Shown piece after piece: positions 19,399 to 29,400 of a DNA stretch of 59,968 nucleotides (positions are counted from its first letter, which is position 1; the number at the start of each line of letters is the position of its first letter). Position numbers and translations under genes: made by a program. This DNA is from Acidiferrobacterales bacterium (GTDB lineage Bacteria > Pseudomonadota > Gammaproteobacteria > Acidiferrobacterales > JAJDNE01), in the NCBI GenBank assembly GCA_036446455.1, contig JAZFSZ010000093.1, forward strand, positions 1-59,968, given 5' to 3'. Under the pieces are notes generated by a model. The model searched no databases. It was not told where the DNA came from and was given only the letters and a program-made list of their open reading frames with translations.

Positions 19399-20445
19399 TC
19401 AGTTTTTGGGAAAGGCGACCAGATGGTCCGCCTCGATACGGATACCCACTTTTTCACCAATGCGGTGGTCGGCGTGACTGGGGAACAGGGATAGTAGTCG
19501 ACCGCCATCGGGCAACTGCAAGGTGTACATGATTTCTGCCCCTTTGAAGGCCTTTTGCAGGATTTCCACCCTTAAATCACTCTCGGGATCCGGAACGACA
19601 TCATCAGGCCGCAGCAGCATTTCTATCGATGTACCAACGCTCCAGTCGTAAGCACGATTGCCTTCATAGGTGCCGAGATTCGTTTCGATGCGGTCAGGTG
19701 CCACCAGTGTGCCATCGATAAACACACCCTGACCGATGAAATCGGCAACGAAACGGCAATTGGGCTCGTGATATAGATTATAGGGGGTGTCCCACTGCAG
19801 CAGTTTACCCTCGTGCATGACACCCACCTGGTCACCAAGGGCGAATGCCTCGTGCTGGTCGTGGGTGACCAGCACCAGGGTTATACCCTGTTTTTTCAGT
19901 ATTTGCCGGACTTCCTCGCTCAAGCGTTCACGCAAATCAATGTCAAGATTTGAGAAGGGCTCATCCATCAGGATCAGGTCCGGTTGCGGCGCTAGTGCCC
20001 GTGCCAGCGCCACGCGCTGTTGCTGGCCGCCGGATAATTCATGGGGATAACGATTTCCCATGCCCTCCAGTCCGACGATCTCGAGCATCGCCTGCACGAT
20101 CTGGGTCTGGTGCGCGTTTGGCAACGGCCCCAGTCCAAATGCAATATTTCGCGCCACATTGAGGTGGGGAAAAAGCGCATAGTCCTGAAACACCATGCCA
20201 AGTCGTCTTTTCTCCGGTGGCAAGGTGAAACCGGGGGACGAAACCGGTCTCTCGTTCAGTCGGATTTCGCCGGCATCCAGAGAATGAAATCCCGCGATCG
20301 CGCGTAATACTGTGGTTTTGCCACAGCCGCTAGGGCCCAGCAGGCATACCAGACTGCCACGATTGACGTGCATGGACAGACCGCGCACGATCACGTGGTC
20401 GTCGTAACTGCACTCGACGTCCTTAAGGGAGAGCATCTCGTTCAA
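19399..20445 (-). CDS. ABC importer-type ATPase (FbpC/PotA-like with C-terminal TOBE-like domain), orphan
   Basis: Walker A GPSGCGKTT, signature LSGGQQQR, Walker B LILMDEPFSNLD. No permease or binding-protein gene is adjacent. Confidence 0.8.
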   Translation of the reverse strand: MNEMLSLKDVECSYDDHVIVRGLSMHVNRGSLVCLLGPSGCGKTTVLRAIAGFHSLDAGEIRLNERPVSSPGFTLPPEKRRLGMVFQDYALFPHLNVARNIAFGLGPLPNAHQTQIVQAMLEIVGLEGMGNRYPHELSGGQQQRVALARALAPQPDLILMDEPFSNLDIDLRERLSEEVRQILKKQGITLVLVTHDQHEAFALGDQVGVMHEGKLLQWDTPYNLYHEPNCRFVADFIGQGVFIDGTLVAPDRIETNLGTYEGNRAYDWSVGTSIEMLLRPDDVVPDPESDLRVEILQKAFKGAEIMYTLQLPDGGRLLSLFPSHADHRIGEKVGIRIEADHLVAFPKN

Positions 20446-20541
20446 TGAAATGAGTTTCTGCCAGATTTGACCATCGCCTGGATGATAACAAATCTCATTG
20501 AGCCATGTTGACCTGACAGCCTCAGTGGCAAGATTGTGGAC

Positions 20542-21450
20542 TCATTTCGGCGCCAGCAGAAATTCCAGCAACGCCTTTTGCGCGTGCAGCCGGTTTTCAG
20601 CCTCGTCCCAGACCACACTTTGCGGTCCATCGATAACGTCGGCGTCCACCTCGAATCCTCGATAGGCGGGCAGGCAGTGCATGAACAGGGCATCTTTATT
20701 TGCTTGTGCCATAATTTGTGCCGTCACTTTATGCAGGTGAAAGGCCTTGTTGCGATCAGATTTTTCATCTTCCTGGCCCATGCTGGCCCAAGTGTCAGTG
20801 ACCACCACATCGGCGCCTTCAGCGGCAGCCATGGGGTCGCGCTCCAGGCTGACGTGTTCTTTGCATTCGGCCATTAATTCCGCCTCAGGGTCGTAACCCT
20901 CCGGAGTCGAAATCACCAGCTTGAATTCCAGCAAGCGCGCGGCATTCATCCAGGAGTGACAGACATTATTGCCATCCCCCAGCCAGGCGACGGTTTTGCC
21001 AGCGATATCGCCACGGTGTTCAATATAGGTCTGCATGTCGGCCAGCAACTGGCACGGGTGGTACATGTCGGTCAGCGCATTAATTATCGGAACCTTTGAG
21101 TGCGCCGCGAAGTTCTCCACCTTGGCGTGTTCACTGGTGCGCATGACGATAACGTCCACCATGCGTGACATAACCCGTGCGGTGTCCTCAATGGGTTCAC
21201 CGCGACCGATTTGCAGGTCACTTGGTGACAGGAACATGGCGCTGCCACCCAGTTGCGCCATGCCTGCCTCGAACGACACCCGCGTGCGGGTGCTGGACTT
21301 GTCGAACACCATCGCCAGTGTTTTGCCACTCAATGGCGCAATCATTTTACCGGCCTTGTGGACAGTCTTGAGTTCTGCCGCGCGTGCGAGCAACTGCCGA
21401 AACTCGTTGGCACTGATATCCATTAACGACAGGAAGTGGCGTAGCTTCAT
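20542..21450 (-). CDS. argF: Ornithine carbamoyltransferase
   Basis: 302 aa. Motifs STRTRVSFE, HPCQLLAD and HCLPA. Confidence 0.9.
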   Translation of the reverse strand: MKLRHFLSLMDISANEFRQLLARAAELKTVHKAGKMIAPLSGKTLAMVFDKSSTRTRVSFEAGMAQLGGSAMFLSPSDLQIGRGEPIEDTARVMSRMVDVIVMRTSEHAKVENFAAHSKVPIINALTDMYHPCQLLADMQTYIEHRGDIAGKTVAWLGDGNNVCHSWMNAARLLEFKLVISTPEGYDPEAELMAECKEHVSLERDPMAAAEGADVVVTDTWASMGQEDEKSDRNKAFHLHKVTAQIMAQANKDALFMHCLPAYRGFEVDADVIDGPQSVVWDEAENRLHAQKALLEFLLAPK

Positions 21451-22631
21451 GACTTAGCCGGAAAATCTTCGAGTAACTCTGTTATGCCGGTCGCAAGCTG
21501 GTCGCATTGGTCTTCTGAGAGAATCAGCGGTGGCAGCAGGCGTACCACGTTGCCGGTGGTGACGTTGATTAACAGACCTTTTTTCAGTGCCGTCGTCATC
21601 ACCTCGCCGCAATCGCGGTCAAGCTCGATAGCCAGCATCAAACCTTTGCCGCGAACCTCGCGCACACCAGGCAGACCCGCGAGCGCGCTTTGTAGTTTTT
21701 GCAATAAGGTCTGGCCCAACGTGTTGGCGGCCTGGTCCAGTTTCTCATTCTCCATGGTGGTAAGCACCGCCAGTGCAGCAGCGCAGGCCAGCGGATTGCC
21801 GCCATAGGTGCTACCGTGTTTGCCGGTCACCAGTGTTTCCGCGGCAACACCGCGTGCCAGGCAGGCACCGATGGGCATGCCGTTACCCAGCGCCTTGGCC
21901 AATGTCATCACATCGGGGACTACATTTTCGTATTGCGCAGCGAACCACTTGCCGGTCCGGCACAGACCGGTTTGAATTTCATCGAGGATCAACAGCCAGT
22001 CATTGTCGTCGCAGATCTCGCGCAGGCCTGCCAGATAACCGGCAGCCGGTATAACCACACCCCCTTCACCGAGTATCGGTTCCACCAAGACCGCGACCAC
22101 ATTGCTGTTGTTACTGGCGACCTGGCGTATGGCATCGAGGTCGTTATAGGGGACGCGGGCAAAACCCTGAACCAGTGGTTCAAAGCCGGCCTGTACCTTG
22201 CGGCTACCGGTAGCCGTGAGCGTTGCCATGGTACGACCATGAAAACTCTGGTCGGTGACAATAATGGTCGGGACATCGATGCCCTTGTTGTGACCATAGA
22301 GCCTTGCCAGTTTGATCGCGGTCTCATTGGCCTCGGCGCCAGAATTGCTGAAAAACACGCGCTCCATATTCGACAGCGCGCACAGGCGCTCGGCCAGTGC
22401 TTCCTGTATCGGAATCCGGTACCAATTAGAAGTGTGCAGCAGTGTTCCGGCCTGATCGCAAATGGCCTTGGTGACAGCGGGGTGGGCATGACCCAGCGAA
22501 CACACGCCGATGCCGGTGAGTGCATCCAGGTATTTGTTGCCATCGGTATCCCACAGCCAGGCACCTTGCCCGCGTGCGAACGCCACTGGCAATCGACCAT
22601 AGGTCTGCATGAGAAAAGACGCTTTAGCCAT
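21447..22631 (-). CDS. argD: Acetylornithine aminotransferase (class III PLP aminotransferase)
   Basis: 394 aa. Motifs SNSGAEANE and DEIQTGLCRTGKWFA. Its stop overlaps the argF start by 4 nt. Confidence 0.85.
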   Translation of the reverse strand: MAKASFLMQTYGRLPVAFARGQGAWLWDTDGNKYLDALTGIGVCSLGHAHPAVTKAICDQAGTLLHTSNWYRIPIQEALAERLCALSNMERVFFSNSGAEANETAIKLARLYGHNKGIDVPTIIVTDQSFHGRTMATLTATGSRKVQAGFEPLVQGFARVPYNDLDAIRQVASNNSNVVAVLVEPILGEGGVVIPAAGYLAGLREICDDNDWLLILDEIQTGLCRTGKWFAAQYENVVPDVMTLAKALGNGMPIGACLARGVAAETLVTGKHGSTYGGNPLACAAALAVLTTMENEKLDQAANTLGQTLLQKLQSALAGLPGVREVRGKGLMLAIELDRDCGEVMTTALKKGLLINVTTGNVVRLLPPLILSEDQCDQLATGITELLEDFPAKS

Positions 22632-22725
22632 AAAAACAGAAAGCGCCCTGCAAGCAGGGCGCTACCTTTAATCAATATAAGATGAAATTCTAGTCCCTAA
22701 TTCCGGGTCTGCCAAGCCCAAAATG

Positions 22726-22755
22726 AAACAGGCCCGGTAAATACCGGGCCTGTTT
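22726..22755 (-). terminator. Stem-loop terminator candidate after the PuuD-like membrane gene
   Basis: 12-bp perfect stem AAACAGGCCCGG-TAAATA-CCGGGCCTGTTT, followed on the minus strand by CATTTTGGG. Confidence 0.5.
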
Positions 22756-22776
22756 TGGTGACCATGTCGCCTGAAT

Positions 22777-23268
22777 TTACATGGGCAAGCCATGGGGACC
22801 CACCACCATGAAAAACACCATCGGAATCGACAGCAAGGTATTGGTGCGGGAGGCGAGCAGAGCAATACGGGCGGCGCTGGCTTTTTCCTCGGCGCTGGCT
22901 TTCTTCAGCCCCAAAACTTTCTGCTGGTTCGGCCAGATCAGCACCCAGACATTGAAGAACATGATGGTGCCCAGCCAGGCGCCGATACCAATGAGAGCGC
23001 TGGCGCCCTTCAACATAAAAGCGTCGGCAAAGCTCAGGTGCGGCGCGGCCATCAGGTAGTAGGCACCAGTCACCCACGTTGCCAGGGCCGCGTACCGGAA
23101 CCAGAACAGGGCCTTGGGTGCTATGAGCTTGGGTACGATATCGGCAGCAATGCCGTCGGCCTTGGCCTTGCCCATGGCAGGCACTTGAACAAAATTGAAA
23201 TAATACAGCAGGCCGATCCAGGTGATGCCAGCCAGAATATGTAACCAACGATCCAGAATAAGATCCAT
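22777..23268 (-). CDS. Integral membrane protein resembling the N-terminal membrane domain of PuuD-type urate hydroxylase
   Basis: 163 aa with four helices. The N-terminal string WLHILAGITWIGLLYYFNFVQ recalls proteins annotated as PuuD-like. Assigned from memory only. Confidence 0.5.
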   Translation of the reverse strand: MDLILDRWLHILAGITWIGLLYYFNFVQVPAMGKAKADGIAADIVPKLIAPKALFWFRYAALATWVTGAYYLMAAPHLSFADAFMLKGASALIGIGAWLGTIMFFNVWVLIWPNQQKVLGLKKASAEEKASAARIALLASRTNTLLSIPMVFFMVVGPHGLPM

Positions 23269-23300
23269 AGTGAGTAACCTTTTATTTTTTACTTAATGGC

Positions 23301-23405
23301 TTAACCGGCCACAACCAGGAATTTGGTTGCGATCAGGTAGAGTATGACTGTCAAAACGAATCCGGAAACGATCGTTCCGGTAACGGAATCCAGAGGATTC
23401 TTCAT
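23301..23405 (-). CDS. 34-aa single-helix membrane peptide (not in the ORF track)
   Basis: The ATG at 23405 is preceded by the SD AAGAGG at -12 to -7. Sequence MKNPLDSVTGTIVSGFVLTVILYLIATKFLVVAG, with TAA at 23301-03. It lies 32 nt upstream of, and co-oriented with, the PuuD-like gene. Confidence 0.4.
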   Translation of the reverse strand: MKNPLDSVTGTIVSGFVLTVILYLIATKFLVVAG

Positions 23406-23512
23406 GAATTTGCCTCTTTATTAGTGAGTTAGTGTGACTTACTTTGAATGACTTAAATTAAGTAGTTGACCATTTTGGTCGGGCGCTAATCTATGCCACT
23501 CTTGCCGATATT

Positions 23513-23926
23513 TCAAGCACTACCGGCGTCTACTGATATGCCGTCGTGGGCGGCTTCGTCTTCCGGCAAGATGCGCTCCTGCAGCACACGCCACTTTCCG
23601 TCATCCTCTTTCTGGATAATGATCTCGATACCATTGCAGTTACGGGTGCCATCATTGGCCTCAACGGTTTCCAGGGTTTTAAACATAACCCGGCCGGGCG
23701 ATTGGGCCACCACCTTCATTGGTCCGTAAGAGACACTCTTAAGTATATTGTTGTCGAATTCATGCCGGCATTGGCGGGCCCAGTCGTCATAACCGATCAC
23801 CTCAAAACCGGGAATGCCGAATACACTCACTTCCTGCGAGATCAAGTCCATGTGGGCAGCGTAGTCTTTGTCGCAGGCGGACCGCGCCATCTCTTGCAAC
23901 AGTTTTTCGGCTGCCTGAACGCTCAT
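23513..23926 (-). CDS. NTF2/SnoaL-like fold protein (hypothetical)
   Basis: The ATG at 23926 has the SD GAGGA. The product of about 137 aa has size and pattern typical of SnoaL/DUF4440-type proteins. This is a weak call. Confidence 0.4.
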   Translation of the reverse strand: MSVQAAEKLLQEMARSACDKDYAAHMDLISQEVSVFGIPGFEVIGYDDWARQCRHEFDNNILKSVSYGPMKVVAQSPGRVMFKTLETVEANDGTRNCNGIEIIIQKEDDGKWRVLQERILPEDEAAHDGISVDAGSA

Positions 23927-24385
23927 TGTTTCGATCCTCATCCTGGTAAAGTCTGCAGTTTCCTCCGGCCTGGTTGCCAAGAGTGCACTGTCTATTTGTT
24001 ATGGGGCGCACATGCTACCGCAAAAACATTTTAATCGTGAACCCTATTTCCGCTCGATCTCCGGGTTTATCCGCGATTATTGAACCGACGTGCGAACTAA
24101 CAACAAACTGTTTTTACCAGTTAAACTAATTTCTGTTACGTGGGGTAACGTGCTGCTAATTGCATCGATTTGTCGCGATCTGCTGGTCTCTACGGGAATT
24201 CCCGGTGGCGTGATCGCCATACAAAAGTGGCAAAAACAGTTGTCTTGACCTCTATAGGCAAAAAAACGATTATACCGCCCTCGTTGCGGCTGGTAGAAAT
24301 TATCGGCCGTCAATAGTGACCGCAATTATTGCTTGGTGACGATTCGTTATCCCACCAACTACCGTACTGCACATTAGGGAGACCT

Positions 24386-25393
24386 ATGAAGCCCGAAGAC
24401 CAGAAACGCCTTTTGCGTGAAATGATTTTCTATCGCCGTTTTGAGGACCGCGCCTTCGAAGCCTATATGGAGCGCAAGGTCGGCGGATTCCTGCATTTAT
24501 ATTCCGGCCAGGAGGCGGTGGCTACGGGTGTGCTGGAGATGGCCCAGACCGGGCATGACTACGTGATTACCGGTTATCGCGACCACATTCATGCCATCAA
24601 GTCCGGCGCCCCGGCGCGTGAAGTGATGGCCGAACTCTACGGTAAGGAAACCGGTTCCAGCCGCGGCCGTGGGGGTTCCATGCATATTTTTGATCCCACC
24701 GTGAATTTCATGGGCGGTTACGCGTTGGTCGGCCAACCGTTCCCGTTGGCGGCAGGGTTCGCGCTCGGCGCCAAACACCGCGGCGAAGGCCAGATATCCA
24801 TTTGTTTTCTCGGTGACGGCGCCAACAACCAGGGCACTTTTCACGAGACCATGAATATGGCCTCGGTGTGGGAGTTGCCCGTTTTATTTGTTTGCGAGAA
24901 CAACGGCTACGCCATTGGCACCCATATCGATCGATCCACGGCGGTGACCGATCAGTACAAACGTGTGGCCGCCTATAACATGAAGGCCAGCCAGCACGAC
25001 GGCATGGACATCGATATTGTGATGGAAGCAGCCGTCGACGCGATCAAGTTTGTGCGCGAAGAACAGAAACCCTATTTCATCGAATTTATGACCTATCGCT
25101 ATCGCGGCCACTCCATGTCCGATGCCAAGGGTTATCGCACCCGCGAGGAAGAAGCGGAATGGGAAAAGCGCGATCCCATCAAGATTTATACCGAACGTCT
25201 CAAGAAAGCCGGATTGATTACCGATGCCGATATCAAAACATGGGAAAAGGAAATCGATCACGAGATGGAAAACGACATTATCAAGTTTGCCGAAGAAAGC
25301 CCCGAGCCATCAGTGGAAGAGCTGACGCGCTACGTGCTTGATGACAACCCGGATCCGCGCTGGATCGGGCCACTGGTTAACGAAGGAGAATAG
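24386..25393 (+). CDS. pdhA: 2-oxoacid (pyruvate/acetoin) dehydrogenase E1 alpha subunit, ThDP-binding
   Basis: ThDP motif GDGANNQG...ENNGYA. The ATG at 24386 has the SD AGGGAGA. Confidence 0.85.
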   Translation: MKPEDQKRLLREMIFYRRFEDRAFEAYMERKVGGFLHLYSGQEAVATGVLEMAQTGHDYVITGYRDHIHAIKSGAPAREVMAELYGKETGSSRGRGGSMHIFDPTVNFMGGYALVGQPFPLAAGFALGAKHRGEGQISICFLGDGANNQGTFHETMNMASVWELPVLFVCENNGYAIGTHIDRSTAVTDQYKRVAAYNMKASQHDGMDIDIVMEAAVDAIKFVREEQKPYFIEFMTYRYRGHSMSDAKGYRTREEEAEWEKRDPIKIYTERLKKAGLITDADIKTWEKEIDHEMENDIIKFAEESPEPSVEELTRYVLDDNPDPRWIGPLVNEGE

Positions 25394-25395
25394 GC

Positions 25396-26376
25396 GTGGC
25401 CGAGATTGCATACTGGGAAGCCATTCTGCGCGCCCACGACGAAGAACTTGCCAACGACAAAATGGTTATCGCCATGGGCGAGGATATTGGTGTTGTTGGT
25501 GGAACCTATAAAGCGACAATGGGGCTCTACGAAAAGTACGGCTCGGAGCGCATTATTGATACGCCGATCTCGGAGAACTCCTACACCGGTATCGGCATTG
25601 GCGCTTCCATGGTCGGCATGCGACCCATCGTCGAGATCATGTCTATTAACTTCGCCTTGCTGGCGCTGGATACCATTATTAATGCCGCTGCCAAGATCCG
25701 TTACATGTCTGGCGGCCGTGTGAGCTGCCCGCTGGTGATTCGCACCCCGGGTGGCACTGCGCACCAGCTGGCGGCGCAGCATTCTGCACGACTGGCACGT
25801 GTGTTTATGTCGACCGCGGGGCTACGTGTGGTGACTCCCCGCGGACCACTGGATGCCTACGGTATGTTGAAATCGGCGGTTCGCTGCAATGACCCCGTGA
25901 TCATTATCGAACACGAACGCATGTACAACATGAAGGAAGAGATACCCGACGAGGAATTCTTCCGTCCACTGGAAGGCGCCGAGATCGTGCGCCACGGCAG
26001 CGATATTACGCTCATTGGTTACAACTACAGTGTACACCTGTGCCTGGGTGCGGCAGACAAGCTGGCCAAAGACGGCATCAGCGTCGAGGTGATTGATCTG
26101 CGCTCGTTGAAACCGCTGGACCGTGAGACCATTCGTCGTTCGGTGGAAAAAACCCATCGCGTCGTCATTGCCGAAGAGGATGAGGCGCCGGTCGGAGTGG
26201 GTGCGGAGATCATGGCGGGTATTAACGAGGACTGTTTCTTCGCACTGGACGCCCAACCCATTCGCATTCACGCAGCCGATGTGCCGGTGCCCTATAACAA
26301 ACGTATGGAAAAGGCGGCGATCCCGGATGTGGAAGATGTCTACCAGGGCGCACTCAAGGCACTGGGCAAGATTTAA
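25396..26376 (+). CDS. pdhB: 2-oxoacid dehydrogenase E1 beta subunit
   Basis: 326 aa. GTG start after the SD AGGAGA. Transketolase-like pyrimidine-binding and C-terminal domains (IDTPISENSYTGIGIGA, IDLRSLKPLD). Confidence 0.85.
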   Translation: MAEIAYWEAILRAHDEELANDKMVIAMGEDIGVVGGTYKATMGLYEKYGSERIIDTPISENSYTGIGIGASMVGMRPIVEIMSINFALLALDTIINAAAKIRYMSGGRVSCPLVIRTPGGTAHQLAAQHSARLARVFMSTAGLRVVTPRGPLDAYGMLKSAVRCNDPVIIIEHERMYNMKEEIPDEEFFRPLEGAEIVRHGSDITLIGYNYSVHLCLGAADKLAKDGISVEVIDLRSLKPLDRETIRRSVEKTHRVVIAEEDEAPVGVGAEIMAGINEDCFFALDAQPIRIHAADVPVPYNKRMEKAAIPDVEDVYQGALKALGKI

Positions 26377-26457
26377 CCTGCAGTTTTCCATGTTAAATTT
26401 TCAATGTTTAAATAATGACACTGGTGTATCAATACGCCAGCGCTAAATCGCTTTGAT

Positions 26458-29400
26458 ATGAGTGCTCCTTACATAATAAAAATGCCACAGTTGTCGGATA
26501 CCATGACCGAAGGTACGGTCGTGTCCTGGGAAAAGAATGTTGGAGATTTTATCGAGCGTGGCACGGTAGTCGCCACAGTAGAGACCGACAAGGCCATCAT
26601 GGATGTTGAAGTCTTTCACGAAGGTTACCTGTCTGGCCCCGTGTCCGCCATTGATAGTGTCATTCCCGTGGGCAATGCCATGGCGATATTGGTAGCTGAC
26701 AAGAAGGACGTGGTTGAAGGCGAGGGTGTTCCTGTCATTACTGGCAGCTTGGCAAGTGGGACAGAATCTCCAGGCGACGATGCCGCACCCGCCATAGTGG
26801 TTGAAACACCCGAAGGCGCTCATGCTATCAAGATGCCGCAACTGTCCGATACCATGACGGAAGGCACCATGGTGGCCTGGGAAAAAGAACTGGGTGAGCA
26901 CATCTCGCGTGGCACTATTGTAGCGACAGTGGAAACTGACAAGGCCATCATGGATGTCGAAGTGTTTCGTGAAGGTTATCTTTCCGGTCCCATCGCAACC
27001 GTCGACAGTGTAGTGCCAGTGGGTGAGGCCATTGCCTTTCTGGTTGACGACAAGAGCCAGGTGCTTAGCAGTGAACGCACTGCTGGCGGCGGCGGCGTTG
27101 CCATGCCGGTCGCCGTGCCGAAGTCTGAACCAGCGGGCACAGCCAAGCCGAAAACCCATATTCCGGCGATGCCCCATGGCGCGACACCGGTGCCGCGTCC
27201 AGGCAATGCCAAAGCAACGCCCTATGCACGCCAGCTCGCTGGCGCCCACGGTATCGACCTTAATCACATTAAAGGTACCGGTGCCGATGGCGTTATTGTT
27301 GCTGCGGATGTATTGAATGCGGACGTTCAAAAGACTTCGATAAAGCGCATCTTCCAGGTGGCGGGCGTAGGTCGCGCCATGAACAGCATGGAAAAAGCGG
27401 TGGCGCACAACATGGAATACTCGCTTTCCATGCCGCTTTTTCGCGTCACAGTAAATATACAACCGACAGCACTGAAAGCAGCTGCAAAAAAAGCAAGCGC
27501 CTCGTTTACCGTCGCCATCGCCAAGGCAGCGGCCCTGGCTATATTAAAACACCCGTCAATCAATTCGGTTTACCAGCACGAAGATCGCATAATCGAGCGT
27601 GAACAAGTTGATATTGGTCTTGCTGTCGAAACCGAAGGTATGGGTCTGGTGGTGCCGGTATTACGTGAAGCTGCGCACCGTTCGCTGCCGGAGCTAACGG
27701 CGGACTGGGCCGACCTGGTGGCACGTGCGCGCAAGCGCCGCTTGAAACCGGAAGAATATTCTAACCCGACGTTTACGATTTCCAACATGGGCATGATAGG
27801 CGTAGCTCAATTTGATGCCATTCCCACGCCAGGTACTTCGGCTATCTTTGCTATTTCAACCGCCGGACCAGACGGCATGCCGGTGACGATCACAGCAGAT
27901 CACCGCATTGTTAATGGTGCCGATGCCGCCAAGTTCCTTAACACGTTTAAAGGATTGGTGGAAAATCCAATATGGCTAGGCGGTGGTGTTGCGACACCGG
28001 TTGCCGCGTCCAGGGGCGAGTCGGCGATACCGCAGGGCGACTGGGATTATGACGTGGTGGTGATAGGTGGTGGGCCGGGTGGTGAGGATTGTGCCCGCGA
28101 TCTGGTGCAATACGGTCTCAAGGTGGCAATGATCAATGATTCCCCATTTCCGGGTGGCGAGTGTTTGTGGCGTGGCTGTATTCCTTCCAAGGCCTGGCGG
28201 GCCAGCGCCGATCGTATGCGTGACCGTGCCCATGATGCCCGGCTGGGGGTGAAAGGCACAAATAAGCCGGAGCACAACTGGAAGATGCTGGAAGAGACCC
28301 GTCGCGGCATACTTGAAACACGCGGCAGCATGGCGCTGAAGACTGATAAGGGTGTAAAAATAGATGTGATTCAGGGTTTCGCACGTTTCGCGTCGGACCA
28401 TAGCGTTGAGATTGACAGCGGCGGTAATAGCAAAGATCCGCATGCGCGGGCCGTACCGGGTGATGCGACAAAAACTAAAAAGGTGTCTTTTGGCGTGGCG
28501 GTTATTGCCACCGGTGCGCCGCCGTTTGTGCCGCCCATTGAGGGGGCAGACAGCAACGGTGTGCTTACTTCCGATACCGTCTGGAATTTGAAGGCGGCAC
28601 CCAAACGTCTTGGAGTAATCGGTGCCGGTGCCATCGGACTGGAGATGGCGCAGATCTTTGCCGATTTTGGTGCCAAGGTCACCGTGATCGAGGCCCTGGA
28701 TCGATTGCTGCAGGAAGTGGAGCCGGAAATTGCCAAGACACTTACGACGCTACTGGAAAAGGAAAAAAACTTAACGCTTGTCACCTCGGCCAAGGCCAAA
28801 AAGATTTCAGGCAAGCCCGGTGAAATGACACTTGCCTATGAAGATGCCGAGGGTAAGAAGAAATCATTCAAGTGTGATTATGTAGTGATGGCGACGGGTA
28901 AGCGCCCGGTGCTGGAACCATTGGCACTGGACAAGGCTGGAGTGGCTGTTGATAAAAATATTATCCAGATCGATAAAACGGGACGCACCAGCGTGCCGCA
29001 CATCTTTGCTGTCGGCGATGTTGTCGGCGGTCTGATGTTGGCGCACACCGCCGGGCGACAGGGTCGTGTAGCGGCCATGACTATCATGGGTGAAGCAGCG
29101 TTCTACGATCAGTCCAAGGATTGCGGCGTTATTTTTACACGTCCGCAGGCGGCATTTGTCGGTGTCTCAATGGACCAGGCTAAAGAGACCGGCATGGATG
29201 CAGTGGAAGTTAAAGTGCCCATGAGTATTGATGCCAAGGCAATGATTAATGGTGAAACAGATGGCCTGATAAAAATAGTGGTCGATAAAAACAACCATCG
29301 CATCGTCGGCGTGCATTTCCTGGCTGATCACGCTGACACCCTGATTGGTGAAGCGGTGATGATGGTATCGGGCGAGATGACACTGGAGCAAGTGGCCATG

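Noticed and set aside
21816-22685. 289-aa plus-strand ORF, plus further ORFs at 21484-21807, 21773-22054 and 21989-22675
   Set aside because: It lies entirely antisense to, or out of frame within, argD, which has clear class III aminotransferase motifs. The translations are Arg/Gly/His-rich with no recognisable motifs, typical of shadow frames in moderately GC-rich DNA.
22697-23248. 183-aa minus-strand and 150-aa plus-strand ORFs overlapping the 22777-23268 membrane gene
   Set aside because: These are alternative frames of the same DNA. The 163-aa frame gives clean TM helices and a conserved-looking N-terminus, whereas the others are Arg/Gly/His-rich.
26443-27462. 339-aa minus-strand ORF opposite the E2 lipoyl/PSBD region; similar ones at 25822-26391 and 25330-25782
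   Set aside because: These are antisense to strongly supported E1-beta and E2 coding sequence. They have His/Arg/Gly-rich low-information translations, with no SD and no motif.
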